Position numbers and translations under genes: made by a program. Shown one piece after another: positions 1-14,170 of a stretch of DNA of 64,000 nucleotides. The notes beneath the pieces are model-generated. The model was given only the letters and a program-made list of their open reading frames with translations. It had not been told where the DNA came from and did no database searches. This stretch comes from Antedon mediterranea (taxonomy: Eukaryota; Animalia; Echinodermata): positions 5,238,201 through 5,302,200 of the forward strand of contig NC_092679.1 in assembly GCF_964355755.1 (NCBI RefSeq), read 5' to 3'. Within the stretch, counting starts at the first letter, position 1, and each line of letters starts with the position of its first letter.

Positions 1-587
1 TTAAAACATCGATTTTCAAGAAGAAATCGCGCTGTAATTTAGACAAATTCTTTAGATAACGATCTATACTTTGAGAGTATTTGTTTTATCGACTTTTGCA
101 TTATTCGGTAAAATATCATGATGAACGATTCACCAAAGGCGATGAAAGAAGGTACTGTCTCCTCACATGACTTTGTCAGTTAATATTATACGAGAAAATT
201 GTGCGTACGACAACAGCATTTAAATCAGAAGCCAGTACGCCAGTAGCATAACGCACGCGTGCAGTAGCGCGTTTTTTCCCCAATCAGATTTCCGATTGGG
301 AAACATGATCAGGAGGTTGATGATATACCGTACAACAGAGATGCATACATTTTTTATGACGAGTTTTTTCCTCTACCGTAAATTTATGACACAATTGACA
401 AGAAATATCCATAAATCAACCATAATAAATTATCTACATTTAGTGCTTGCTATAAGTAACCAGGAGATAGCAAGGAACGACAAAAGTTGGTACTTTATTT
501 GGTATCTTATAATTCTAGTGCTTGATTAACCGACATATACTCGAAGATTATTCCGGCAAACGCATTGCTAAATTTTAACAAATTTAA

Positions 588-663
588 TACTGTAAAACCG
601 CAAAAAGAAGCCCTCATTTCGAAAAGAAGCCCATCCCGAAAAGAAGCCTCCCTCTTTACGGTA
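588..663. mobile_element. Tiny pogo/Tigger-like MITE remnant
   Basis: Ends TACTGTAAA ... TTTACGGTA (TA + C(C/T)GTA terminal inverted repeat) with three internal AAAAGAAGCC repeats. Confidence 0.55.
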
Positions 664-2520
664 TTGTTAGAAGATGTTTAGGTTTTACAGAACAATACAA
701 TTAGAGAAGGCATTGCCAAAATACTTCCATCATCAATATTCTGTTAGATCATACCAACCAAAGTGTCTTAAATGAAGAGTAACATTATTAACAAAGAAAA
801 CATATCGTCAGATTTGCTATTGTTGTCGGTTACATTACAGTAAAGTGTGAAGTGTTTTAGTGTAACGAAGACATTGAAATAGCACATCACCTAATGTACA
901 TTAATAGGTTTCCTGCATTAACGACACTTGAGGTGTCTTGTTTAAGAACTCATTCAGCAATAAATATGCATATAAACTGTCTATAAATACATTTATCTTA
1001 CAATAAAAATCATTTGAGAACTTTTATATCTCTTTATAATATAGCTGTCTAATGACTTCATTATTGTTGAAGTTATCTCAATTTTAACCATTCATTGATG
1101 GTAAACTCACCGTCTAATCTGAAACAATTTTGTTAATATTATTTGTTGTACGATAATAGGGTACATTAATTTTAGCGTAATGTAACAATTTAGTTATGGA
1201 CGTTTAAATCAAGTTTGTTTAAGTAGTGAATCTAATGTAAAGATAGCCTAATGCCTGTTTTAACTACAATAAACGAAATGTTAATGTCTTATTCCATTAG
1301 ATGTATTATTTGACATCTATTATGTTTCCGCTTAGTAGGTTTATTCATAAAAATTACAATACTATTGAAAACATCTTTCCATATGCAATGATTCTTTACA
1401 CTGTATTTTAACCAGTTTATTGTTAGCCTATTCTCTGTACAGGTACTGATCTATATTTTGTTCAGTAGCCTAGGCAGATTCTATCAATCATAGCATTGCT
1501 TTTACATAATACACGTATAACACTATGTGTCATACATGTGACACTGTGTTATACAATTTGCCTATGACACTGAATAGATAATTCCAATGTGGAGATACAA
1601 CACATACGTGGTTGGTATTTTAGTAAAATTGTTATTTCATTGAAATGTATAAAGCTTTAAATTAATTGTTGATGAATTCGTAGGAAACTGATAGACGTTG
1701 ATATTAACATGAACTAAGCAGCGGTTGCGCAAATAAGGAAGGACATGGGTCGCTCGAGATGTACACAAACCAGATGGATGCACTCCAACAGGCTTTAATT
1801 AAAGAAAGACAACCCCGTTTTAGAGGGTGGCCGCAGGGCTTGTTGCAACTTATGATTACCGAAATTGTAGAAAACACCGATAATGATGAAAATACTTGTA
1901 ATATTCCCTGTCACTGGACACCATTATAAAGCTTACAACTTATCACCAGTAATGAAAAGGGAGATTATTATTTACAGATAATACGAACTTCTCCTAAACT
2001 GAGTTTCCGGTGCTGCGATGAACGGGAAATTAAATTTTGATCGTCTTTGACGGGTTCGGCAACTTTTCAACTATTGCTTGCACGGAACTTTAAAAGCAAT
2101 AATTGTAACTAGGCCTATTAGTTTGAATTAAAGCATAGGCTTAAATATTTAAATATTCTTTCCATAGCTATACTTTAATTATATTTCTACATTTTTAAAT
2201 GTTGCTTAATTTTGGAACTATAAAAGCGGTGATTAATGAGACATTATAATTTCTTCTTCTAATTTAGTCTTAATCTTATATTAATGAATTTAAGATTACG
2301 AGTAAATATTAAAATATTTGTAATTAGATAAATCCAAAATAAAAACCGTGTATTTAAATGAAAAAAACAACTTGCTACACACATCTTACTTATAGTTAAG
2401 TTTAAAACATAAGCACGTGCTAATAATGTTATCTTTTGAGTCTTTTCAAAATCTAGATTATTCATTACCAATGTTATGTCGCCTATAAGCGGACATAAAA
2501 TAAAAGTAGGGCTGGCTAAC

Positions 2521-2549
2521 CATGTAGGCCTACCTATTATAGGTCCATG
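2521..2549. mobile_element. CATG-terminated hairpin micro-element (P-like), with a TAGGCCTA insertion
   Basis: CATG[TAGGCC]TACCTATTATAGGTCCATG flanked by GGCTAAC / AGCTAAC (6/7 direct repeat). Confidence 0.55.
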
Positions 2550-5500
2550 AGCTAACAATCCAACAATATAATTTTATTCAATTTTCTGTATTTTTCTAAC
2601 CAACTGTGTATACATATAAAACAATTAATTGTTGGTACACATTACGCTACGGTTGATAATAAAACAATACTAAATAATTAGACGTATTTCATGCGTACGC
2701 TCGGGCTGTCCATTATACTTAAACGTCAAATCCATTATACACCCTTTACGTTCTCTCAAAGATATTTTTATTCGGAAGTTTAACAAATTTAATGGATTAT
2801 TTAGTAGCGTTTAATCGCGGATTTTGACCCCAATATATGGTCTGTGACGGCTTCCGATGAGTACGAATAATATTTATTTATTCGTATTCAGCAACAACAC
2901 AAAGAATGACTTGAAACTATATACGTTTTTCAAATAAATGGCAAAAAATGATCATAACATCTTCAAGTTTTGTATGATTGCCTCAGGGAGACCTAGTAGG
3001 CACTCGTCCCAGCCGGCGGTGGATTGAGCAGCCTAGAAAATGATCCGTTACCCGCAACAAAAGCTGCCAAATCAGTTGAGTGAATAGAAAGGAAGCGGAG
3101 TTCGCGTGTTTTGGCAGGCGATTTGGAAATAAGAACAAGCATAATACAATTCGAAACGGAAGTTGTTTCGTTATCCCTGTTTCAATCAGTGTTTACCTTA
3201 GCTCAAGTGCTTCACACACTTGAAAAACATCCAGCCCACAATCTGTTTATTTTAAACAGTGATTGACAACTAACTTGAAAGGTAATTCGGGGACATACTA
3301 ACAAAAGTCTTTTTTTTTTCATTTAAAAATTAACAATTTCCCTAATAAAAAGTCCTCTTTCAATTTGATTGAATGAATCAAAAGTAGTTCATAATATCAA
3401 CCACAATTACCAAGTAATGTTTCCATAATATTGTTTAAGAAAGCAGAATAAACATATTTATAATTTCCTAACGAAATGAAAACTTCCCTTGTCTTGTTTA
3501 AAGTAGGCCATCTTCGCGTGACATGATTTCTTGATTATGTTGTTTAGTACAAATTAAAACCACGAATATTCTGGTGTTCTAATTTGGACCAAGCATACAG
3601 ACTATGTTTGGACAGATTTAGACGAGCATTTGCATAGCCTAAATTGGTTATTAGCGACCATAACAATTGCCTAAGGCGGAATAATTGGTCAGTTACTTGT
3701 TAAACATCTAGGCCGCCATCTGACCACGCCATTTGATTTGTATTTTTTTCGATAATTGTTTTCTTCGTGTTTGTAATGACCATTGGGGATTTGAATTCAA
3801 CAAGAAGCCCGGCAGGGTGAAGCATAAACGTCTGGTGTTTCATAATATAAATTTAAAGCAAGGCCCAGTAAAAGAAAGAAAAAGCTGCCACCTGCCTCTC
3901 TGTTCAAGCATTGGTTAACTACAAATATCCCAACAAACACATCAAATTAATGCAAAAAAAAATCAGACTAGATTGACTCGTCTGAAATACAGACTACCAT
4001 TATAGGCCTACAACGTGGTATACTATTTTGTCCGGTTGAATCGCATAGAATTTATCCTGTTTAGATAGACCACGTGGTTGTCCGGTTAGATATATCTAAA
4101 ACACATATCGCACAAAAGCTATACCAATAAATAACTTAACATTCTACTCGACAATTTGAATGAATGAAAACCGTACACTAATAATAGTAAAACATAGGCA
4201 AAATAAACAAAACCTTATTATGGGCAGGCAACAGACGAAATACATTCGACTCGTCACGCTGCCGCCAATTGTTAACAAAACAAATTAGCTAACAATAATC
4301 CATCATTATTTATCCTAATTAGCAAACTAAGATTTATTCTAACGCATTTGTAAACGTTTTGAACGAAACATCGGTGTTAATTAAGGAAATTGTTACAGTA
4401 AGATAGCTAACGTATTTCGATTTTGCTTGAAAAACCACATCACATCTTACTCGTGATTCCCGACTGATACGGGCTAGTCTATTCAAAATGACAATCAAGA
4501 GCGATGGAAAACGTTGGTGTATAGTAGAATCATTGTGACGATTATTGCTTTGATAAGTAATAATTTTGTGATTCTTGGTAAACAAAAAAGTATTGAAATA
4601 CGGACAAGTCAGATTTTACTTGTAAACAAGTTTTTCCCCTTAAAATGCAAATTGGAATGTGGCTTTGCGTTACGCCCTTTCTTTATCAGGGTGAGGGGTT
4701 TTGTTTGCTAATTGCTATATTCGTTCACCCATTGATCTACCAAGCAGGGAACCCACGGTACGCGTGGGTCTCATGCAGAGCATGCCCTGTATTATGGAGG
4801 TAATCCTCGTCAAAAACACAGACAAAATACTACGTTTTTGTAGTAGAGGCTTAACACTGTTTTTTGATGGCAGCTAAGGCAGTAACTACAACGACTTGAC
4901 AAAGAGATGATAGAATGTAATAGTATTAATATTATCTTCCCAACTGATACCGAAACATGGGTTTTTAACATTCTAATTTATTTTACTTTGTGACGATTCT
5001 GATTGCAATAATAAATAGACCGTCTATTACTATTATCTGTAATTTAGTCCTATTTTTTAACTGATAATAATTAATTTAGCACAAAACTGACGTTGAATGT
5101 CTTACTAAAAATAATAATAAAAACTCGGTAATAATATTCTATGCGTTTTAATATTCAAAATGAATCATAATTCTTTCAAATCGTAGTTTAATTTCTGACA
5201 AGACAACAACGGCATGATCATAACAAATATAATAGTTGTGTCACTCAAGAAGACGAACAAAAACCACTCAAAGGGTAAAAATATTACCATTCAATGTCAA
5301 AGAATAGGAACTGAAGGACTACAGATATATCATGAGAATTTCATAACACAGTTGATATGATACTAGTATGGAGTGTCAATCTTATGTCAGGTTTAGAATA
5401 TAGTTGTTACACTGATACCAGTTTGCCTTTCATGCGTTTAATTTGAAAACAACGCTCCTTTATATATTTACAAGTAAGAACAACTTTTATTGAATAGCTC

Positions 5501-5645
5501 CGTGCTGTTTCTTTGTGTAATTTATATTTTACATGTAACCCCATAGGCATGGAAACGTACTATTGTTCAACAATAAAATCTTGAGTTTTTCATAAAATTG
5601 TTCACGAATTCGTTAATTCCAAATCATAGTCAGAGTGAGGCTGCT

Positions 5646-5836
5646 TATGTGCATATTCTTAACTAATGTGCGTATTCTTAACTAGTGTGCGTATTCTTAA
5701 CCAATGTGCGTATTCTTAACTAGTGTGCGTATTCTTAACCAATGTGCGTATTCTTAACTAATGTGCGTATTCTTAACTAATGTGCGTATTTTTAACTAAT
5801 GTGCGTATTCGTACGTCGGTAACCAATGTGCGTATT
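5646..5836. repeat. 19-bp minisatellite, ~9.5 copies
   Basis: Unit AATGTGCGTATTCTTAACT, with variant AGTGTGCGTATTCTTAACC alternating in units 2-5. Confidence 0.95.
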
Positions 5837-7870
5837 TCTATGAATTTTTAAATTACTGTCTATATAAAATTGTGTTTACTACAGTATTAGAAATAGGCAC
5901 GTTTTCATAACATCCTTTTTTTTTTAACTGTGCTATTTTACGCTAGTGCAGTTTTCAAAAATAATAATTGAAGTGAATATGATAATAATTATTATTGAAC
6001 ACTCACAACCAAGTTTAAAGTTAGTCCTTGTACTATTCGATTAGGCCTATAAATTAGCTGAAACCGATACAGCACAATATCAATATTTAATATTTTAAGT
6101 ATATTTAGCTTTTTGTTTTTGTATGCAGTTCTTTTGTATTGGAAATAATTATTAATATCAATGTTAGGAATAAGGGTGTATGTGTATGGTTAAGATATTC
6201 TAGGCTACAGATACCCTTTGCCGATAGCCTGCCCTACGGTTGACAAGCGAATGAAGCATGGTTGATTAGGTCCAACAGGATTACAAGCAAGAAGTTGCCA
6301 ATTTCACAGGCTAACAATGCAAATGTGTCCAATTCATTAGGTAAATATGACAAGCATTTTACGATTAATGTTTCAAAAGATGTGTGTTAATCGCATTATG
6401 AATGAGAGAGTAACTTGACTGACAGCTACCAACGGGTTTACAGAGTTATGAAACGCTGCGCGATTGCTGTTATTTCAACTGCTCCTCTGTATATATTTCT
6501 TGGCAGCCATTATTGTCATACGTCAACCCTATTTATCACGGTTGTATGATCAGTCTAAGGTTAAGAACTATCTTTAGAATATCATAATTAATTATTACCA
6601 CAAAAATGGGAAACCAATTAAATTAATTACGTACAATAACTCTCGCTATGGCAATATCAGAACAATTTTTATTATTAAATTATTCGTTCAAAACTTAAGC
6701 ACTGTGTGATTTGAGTAACTTATAATTTTAGTAAATAATGCAGTAGTATAATACTCCCACTGAACTTAGGCCTATATATTTAAAAGCATATTATATAATA
6801 AATTTTACCTCAAACAATTATTAAAATTGAAAAGAATTTAAATGTAGCATAGGCCTATTTTTTTCAAAATCGTCGATCAAAATACTTTTTAAATTCGTCA
6901 AATTGAAATTGAATTTATAGTTTAAAACCTAAAAAATGTAACGAAATATTTATTATTATTAATTCTTCTAAATTAAATTAATTTATTATTAGGAACATTA
7001 CCGTAATTTACGTTGAAGATAACAGCATACTATGGTACACAACAACCACATTATGACGAATTGAAACCGGCTAACTGCCTAGGCTTTTGATAGGTGATTT
7101 GGCCTAGGTGAATAACGAATTAATTAAATTAATTAAATTATTGATTTAATATACTGTGGAAATAAATTCCTAAATGTGATTAGTGTAAACTTATACAATG
7201 ATAACTGGTTCATAATTTACACTTAAACTGTATTCGTTAATTTAGAACACACAACAGAAACTTAACAATGCTACATCTCTATACCTATATACAAAGACAA
7301 GGCGTGTACATAAAATAGTGTTAAGTGTACCGTACTCTAACAGGCGCATAGAGCATGATATAGACCTATTATACATTTTATCATTTACCATTTTCACACC
7401 TTACTTTAATTACATGTAGGCCTACTATATTTAACCAGGGAAGTACCGTATCTCACTTTTTCCTGATTTAACCCAATTCCTATTGTTATACAAATACCTA
7501 TATAGCTCTATGCATACAAATATGCCATCATAGCTAATAAAATTATATGTCTCAGATTCCGATTCTCTTTAAAATTGTTCTTCAAATACTCACAGAACAA
7601 TGAGATAATTTGATGGCACATACATTAAAATACAAACCATTCGATAGAGAAGTAAGTGAACTTAATAATTTGATTAGATACGTTCAACTTGGATATACTG
7701 GCAAACAAATTTAGGAACAATTAAAGAAATTCGTAACGCCAGTTGTTTGGTAATGTGTTAGAAAATGGGTCAATCGATATCATTGCAAAATAATTATCTA
7801 TTCGCGATCGTCTGCTACTTTTACTATCCCGCGCGTGACCAATCATATGTGAAAATGGGTTTGATATTAA

Positions 7871-8166
7871 AGATGCATTGTCCCCCCTGAAAAGTAATTT
7901 TTTAAATTTGTTTTTGTTGAATATTCCATTTTAATGTAACTTAATAGTTATCCACTTTGACCAAAAATTAATTTATTTATCTGAAAAAACTGTAATTTAA
8001 AGCAAAAAGTGGTCAAATTTTTGGTTGAATTTAACAATTTATTATGTCATTTTATAAGTGAAAACATTTTTTCGTGATTAACCTTATTAAAACAAAATAA
8101 CCTATTGAAAGTCTGATTTAGGCCTAATTAATGTTCGTTTTTCATGTTTTTGGGGGATAATACATC
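7871..8166. mobile_element. Kolobok-like MITE, copy 1
   Basis: TTAA-AGATGCATTGTCCCCC ... GGGGGATAATACATCT-TTAG. Internal sequence is shared with 51315-51603. TTAA target and AG...CT ends fit the Kolobok superfamily. Confidence 0.8.
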
Positions 8167-8189
8167 TTTAGTATATATATTTTTTTATT

Positions 8190-8233
8190 ATGGGGACATC
8201 CCTGCCAAGGGGACACTGTAGGGTTCAGAAAGT
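8190..8233. mobile_element. Degenerate pogo/Tigger-like MITE fragment
   Basis: GGGGACA...GGGGACAC repeats followed downstream by GTGTCCCC...GTTTGTACTGTA. Similar fragments at ~24797-24840 and ~49790-49923. Confidence 0.35.
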
Positions 8234-9731
8234 GTCCCCTGGTTTGTACTGTATCTAGTACTTTCATCTGGTGCGTTATTGTAAATAAGTAAAACCATCT
8301 TTAATTATCAATAGCACGAGCTCATCATCGCCTCAAGGTTGAAACATAAAAACAGAGCAATCTTTGCAAACAATATCTATCTATGTTTCGCCTGACATCC
8401 AATTAGTACTTGAGCTTAGAGCAATCACAATTCATCGAATCCTAATTTACAAACGCATTTTTAACAAGATGGTAATCATTATCAGACCGTTTAGTCCGAT
8501 TGGTTTCTTATTAAGCCAAGGTAAATAATGTTTTACTCGACTTTTAATAAGGGTGTTTTTGTTCTGGTACGCGTGTGGGCAGACGATAAAATAATGATCA
8601 TTGGTTCGAGACAGTCCTTATTTGTGTTTTGATGATGCACCATTTTTACTAGGCGCGATCAACAATTGATAAACACTTTTTTAATTAGAATCTCACATTC
8701 ACACATGTTGTCATTATTATTATAGATGGCGCGCTGAGTGGTCAGTAAGATTTTCATTTTTTTAAATATAATTTTCATTTTTGTTTAATTATGTGTAGGT
8801 CTAGAGGTTTCCTGGATGCTGACATCTAAAGGATTACAGTCAATAATATTAATGACGTAATATACATAAATTGTAAATTTGGATTTTCAGTGCTTTTAAG
8901 ATGCGTGCGTATTGAGTAGATGAACTAAAAAGAATTGCTTACATCCTTTCCTCGTGAACTATAACAACCGGATCAACTGGATGGGGGAAAAACAGCACCT
9001 CGTGCGATCATTGGCTGTTACTTGCCAATCATAAATATGCTTTCATTTGATATGGATTTTTGGATAGCTCGTTTATATTGATCAGATTGACAGGTTTATG
9101 AATAGAGAACCATTTTGGTGTCTTGCTGTTAGCATGCTGGGTATTTATTCAACATCAATAACACACCAATAATGACACTGCCAATATATTGTTTATTTAT
9201 TTTCATGCTATCTAGTTAATTATAAAAGCATGGGTATGCATCATTTACAAGTGGTGTATTAATACCAATCTATTTTGAATGTATATTTCCGATTCCTCTT
9301 TTCTCTGTTGAAAACATACTATTTATTTGTTTAGGATATTTATTTTATTTCATAAGAGAATTATACTGTAGATTTGAAGAGAAAGTGTTTTATGTAGGCC
9401 TATATTCATTTTTTAGAAAGGTAGCCCTAATTTATTTATATAACTATGTATATTTAAATGTTTAGGGGTTGAATTTGATAAGGTTTAACTACTTTTTAGC
9501 CCTTCCCTTGATATAATTATTATTATTGTATGTTACAATGTTTATAATTTATGTTTACGAGTAAATAAATAAAGAAAGAAAGAATGGATACTCTCTTTAG
9601 AATTAATTTTAGTTAGTTATAATTTATATAACCTTTACTAAATCAAAACCATAAACCGTTACCTTTCTAAAAATTTATCATTAGGCCTAAGCCTATATAT
9701 TGTGTTCTTCTTACAATTTAAGATTTCATCC

Positions 9732-9732
<1 letters not shown>

Positions 9733-9777
<45 letters not shown>
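9733..9777. repeat. (AAT)15 microsatellite
   Basis: Perfect trinucleotide run. Confidence 0.97.
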
Positions 9778-9778
<1 letters not shown>

Positions 9779-12245
9779 TATTGCCATTATGTCATAACAT
9801 ATTCTTATAGCCTAACTTCAAGAACAGACGTGAAGAAACATTCAACACATTTCTAAAAAATGAAATTACAAAAAGAAAAGAAAGTTATACGGTCTATTTA
9901 TAATAATTATCTCCGGTTAGTTGAGTTGACTGGATCTTATAATATCATTAGTTTGTCTGTAAGTCCTACATATCCGCCTTATTCTCTGTTATCATCAAGA
10001 TGATATTTTGTGTCTATTGCGTTATCTATAATATATTTCAGTATAATGATGTATTAATTAGGAAAAAGTATTGAAGAATTAAGATATTTTATAGAAACTG
10101 TAAAATTAAAAAATTTCCATGTTTTTTTGTGCAATTTTAGAATAATCTTCACAGACAAAAAGATAAAATATTATGAATAGAATATTCGAATCCAAATTCA
10201 ATTGTTTCAAGAATTACTACATGTCAATCAATCATCATAAGCAAACAAAACAACTTCATTTAACATTTTGTTTGTTTTATATCTTTAAAAGTAAATAATT
10301 ACAAACGTTTAAAGTCACAAGTTCATGATTTCTCAACGATCATGGTAATTTTAGTGAACAAACAGGTATATTTCTTATTTAAAAACCTAGAGCTATTTGA
10401 CTAACAGAAAGCATTGTGAGTTTTAGGTCCCATAGGTGGTATGAGACAAGCTTTGGTACGCTTGGTTGAGAGAATTTCTCCGGGGAGGGAGACCCAGTCA
10501 AGAACCGCACTCTCCAAGGATTGAATTACTCCACTACAACTGAAAACATGTAAATGTTGGTATAATAAAGTGGGCGTGGTTTGAAATGATTGGCATATAT
10601 TACAACCCTCGGGTATACACTCGTACATTCAACTATAGATGTCAATTAGAATATATTTCATAAACATATTCTATTACATATTACATGATTGTTGGAAGAA
10701 TTATTACGTCGAGTTCAACGTTTGTCATATTTACTCTTTGCTTTCATATTTGCTTAGAATCAAACAAAGTCAAAGAAGTCATTTGAGGTCAAAGGAAGAG
10801 AAAATATAAATAAAATAACAAAAAACATTATTTTAAAAGGTAAAATGCTTGTTATTTTACTGTTTGTTTTCGTCCAGTTTCGACAGGCATTTATGAAATT
10901 GCGTATAAATTAATTTAATAACTGTTGTTTTTAAACGTTGCAGATATTTTTGAAACTTTAAAAAAATTCGAATGTGGTCGCAGTATTTCCTTACGTTAAA
11001 CATTCTTAAGCTGCAATTCATTTCAGCTATGTTGTCCCAGTAGCCATATGGTTCTTAATACAGGGGTCATCATTGTTCGAAATTAGTGAGGTGTTATTAA
11101 CCTAAAGTTAGTAATACCATATTCTTGACATATTCTTGATTAACCATTTGACCTTTGTATCGTTAAACTTCAATCCCGACGACATATAAGGTAGTAATTC
11201 AAAAAGTGCAAAACGCCCTCATTTTGGCAATTTCTCAGACGGTTGCCAGCCACCGGAAACCGGACTTCTTCCTTGATTTGAGTTTATAATTTAATACACA
11301 GTTTAATTACATTTAAATCACATCAGTTGGATCATAATACAATATAAGATAGATGAGACATGTACCACTAAATTGCGATACAGTGTTTAATTAATAAGGC
11401 TAGACTTCAAATGATTAAGCTATCTATTTATTTTTCATGAATATGTCTCGAGAGATTATGAAGTTATCCGTGTCGTATTTTTACTGTTTTTTAAGTGGAT
11501 TCATTTCCAATAAACGCTCTGCCATGGGGGCTGTTTTGGGTTAAAATCTGTGTGACTCCAGTTGTAAATGTAAATATCGATATATGGACTACTACATCCT
11601 TTGGAGCAAAATGCCATAGCCATCTACGTGGTTAACATTTGAACTTTATACCGAAAAACTGTACATTTATAGTAGTGTTTCGTTCTCAATTAATAAAAAA
11701 AAAAGGGGGGACTATACCATCACGTTGAATTAAAGAACCTTAGGCGATTTCTTGGAGTAGATTTTGCTGTCAGGTTCAACGTGCATGGGTTGACTTCATG
11801 ATACCACCGATCTGTTTCGAGTGATTGCCGCTTCACTGCTCCGTCCATCATAAAGCCGGCCTAGATTCCTTTTAATGTAAATAACATTATTACGTTCATC
11901 TCAAATGTAAATAGAACTTGTGAGGGATTAGTTAGTACCTTAATTGTTGGACCAAAAATAATTAAAACAAATTAAACAAGAGTTTTCTGCATGTTACTGC
12001 AATACACAACAATTTGTAAATCAATTCAAATTATTTTCCACGCACACAAGAAAACATCTTATTTTAAGATCTGTGTACGATTCCTTGTATTCAGACACAC
12101 AAACGTAAGTGAGCAAAACGAAAAAGTGAACTTAATCATACATCAAAGAAACTTAATGAAAAGAAGAAGCATCAATGATCAAAGAAACAGTGCCGTAATG
12201 TGGTGTGCATAGCAATGCAATTTACTAGCCAGGAATTAGTTAAAC

Positions 12246-12275
12246 CATGAAGGTATCTATTTTTATACCTCCATG
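12246..12275. mobile_element. 30-bp CATG-terminated hairpin micro-element with 7-bp TSD
   Basis: GTTAAAC-CATGAAGGTAT...ATACCTCCATG-GTTAAAC; TSD at 12239-12245 and 12276-12282 is perfect. Confidence 0.75.
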
Positions 12276-13173
12276 GTTAAACTATAGTAGAAAATAGCGA
12301 GAACTATAGATTCAACAAATGACCAGTAAGTCACTAATGCCATTATGGCCAGCGGTACTCTTTGATCAACAGGAACAAAACGGATTCCGTTTGCTTCAGT
12401 GAGGCGCAACATAGAAAAATTAACCAAACTCTGGTGCAAATTGACAAGAATACCGCTAAGTGATCTAAATGCTTTTATTCAAGATAAAAACTTGATCATC
12501 CAAATCCCCTTTTCGTGAAAACAATACCTATAGAAAGTCAATCCGAAGTAACTTAGATCAGAGCGGAACATGCTTAGATCGACCGGAATTCTAGTACTGG
12601 TACTAAAAGCCCTACCAAAGATCAAAGTTAACCCTGAATGTCTTTTTAAATGTGTAAACAATACGGCTATTAACAAGAGAAAAACAGAATAGCACTAAAT
12701 AGTTATTAAGAGCCGTATTGATTTGCTAAATTTAAGATCTATATGAACGTCATCATGACCATAGTCATGCATTAATATGAGTCTACCTCACTCTTTAAAA
12801 ACGAATGCCCGAAAAAACTTGCTAAATTAAATAATGTGACCATCAACACTACTCGAAAAAAATACATTTTGATTTGTTTTTATTAAAATATAAATAAGCT
12901 TGAAATATTTTTTCTGGCTGGTTTACTTTATCGTTTGATTTAGCTTTCTGATTATTTTATTGTAGGCCTATTACATTGTCACTTTTTCTGTAATTTGCCG
13001 CAACCTTTGAACTTTGGACAAAGTGACACAATGTAAAAAATGTAAAACCCAACTAATATATTACGCTGTCTAATTTATAGAGTTTACACAGCAAACCAAT
13101 CAGTTCCATCTTATTTTATGAAAGTAAATTTGGGGTATCACATCTATTGCACCAGCGGAGGATATATGGTGCT

Positions 13174-13310
13174 AACAATTGGCACATTTCATTTTAGGGC
13201 TCACTCTCATGGCACCGGCATAAATGACACGGTAACAAATTGGCACATTTCATTTTAGGGCTCACTCTCATGGCACCGGCATAAATGATACGGTAACAAA
13301 TTGTCACATT
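13174..13310. repeat. Tandem duplication, ~61-bp unit x2.2
   Basis: AATTGGCACATTTCATTTTAGGGCTCACTCTCATGGCACCGGCATAAATGA(C/T)ACGGTAACA repeated almost perfectly. Confidence 0.93.
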
Positions 13311-13820
13311 AATTTGTTTTGAAACTTCGAAACATTGATTACCGTATGTGTAGACCTAATTGTGGCTCAATAGTCCTTTTAGTTCTGTTTCAAATTAACA
13401 AAAATGCTAATAGCTTCAATCTCACTTACTTAATAGTTAATTGTTCTAATGCAAGGATGTTATAAAGTTTTTAGACTTTAAAGCTAAAGATTAGGCCCAC
13501 TGTTAAATCGTTCATAGAATGTTGACCATTTTACGAGAGTGCACATTACGATCTTTTTTCTTAAAACAAGGTATATTTTAAGCTAAAAGCTGAAAACAAT
13601 AGTTTTGGAAAGCCATGAAATCTATCATGCATTGTTGTGCGTTTAGGCACTTTTTAAGGTGGATTATGGATGAATAGGACAACTTACACGCGCTTGTTTA
13701 ACTATTAAAACTGCACCGAATGAGAACAATACGAGAAGAGTCTTTTGACGTGACCTGTCAATAAAACACGTCTCTCGAGATTGTGATATTTTCTCAGATG
13801 ACATATTGTTGAGTAAGGTA

Positions 13821-14170
13821 ATCTTACTATAGATTTTAGCGGGCTTCTTTTAAAGCAAGAAGTAGCTCTAAGGAATTAGTAATCGATCAAGGGACTAGGA
13901 GATACTAGAGTAAAGATCTATTAAACGAATAGGAACAAACGTTGTAGGCCTAAATATCTTTATTTTCAAATGTAGACATTTTTCATCCAATCTTACTACT
14001 GTATATAGATTTTAGTGGGCTTCTTTTAAAGCAAGAAGTAGCTCTGAATTAGTAATCGATCATGGGACTAGGAGATAAGAGTAAAGAACCAATAAATGAA
14101 TAGGAACAATTGAAACGTTTTCGGCCTAAACATCTTTATTTTCAAATGTAAAAATTTTTCATCGAATCTT
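13821..14170. repeat. Diverged tandem duplication, ~175-bp unit x2
   Basis: TATAGATTTTAG(C/T)GGGCTTCTTTTAAAGCAAGAAGTAGCTCT...TCTTTATTTTCAAATGTA...AATCTT occurs twice. Confidence 0.9.

Noticed and set aside
5646-5836. CRISPR-like appearance of the 19-bp repeat
   Set aside because: Head-to-tail units with no unique spacers, no cas genes, and a eukaryotic context.
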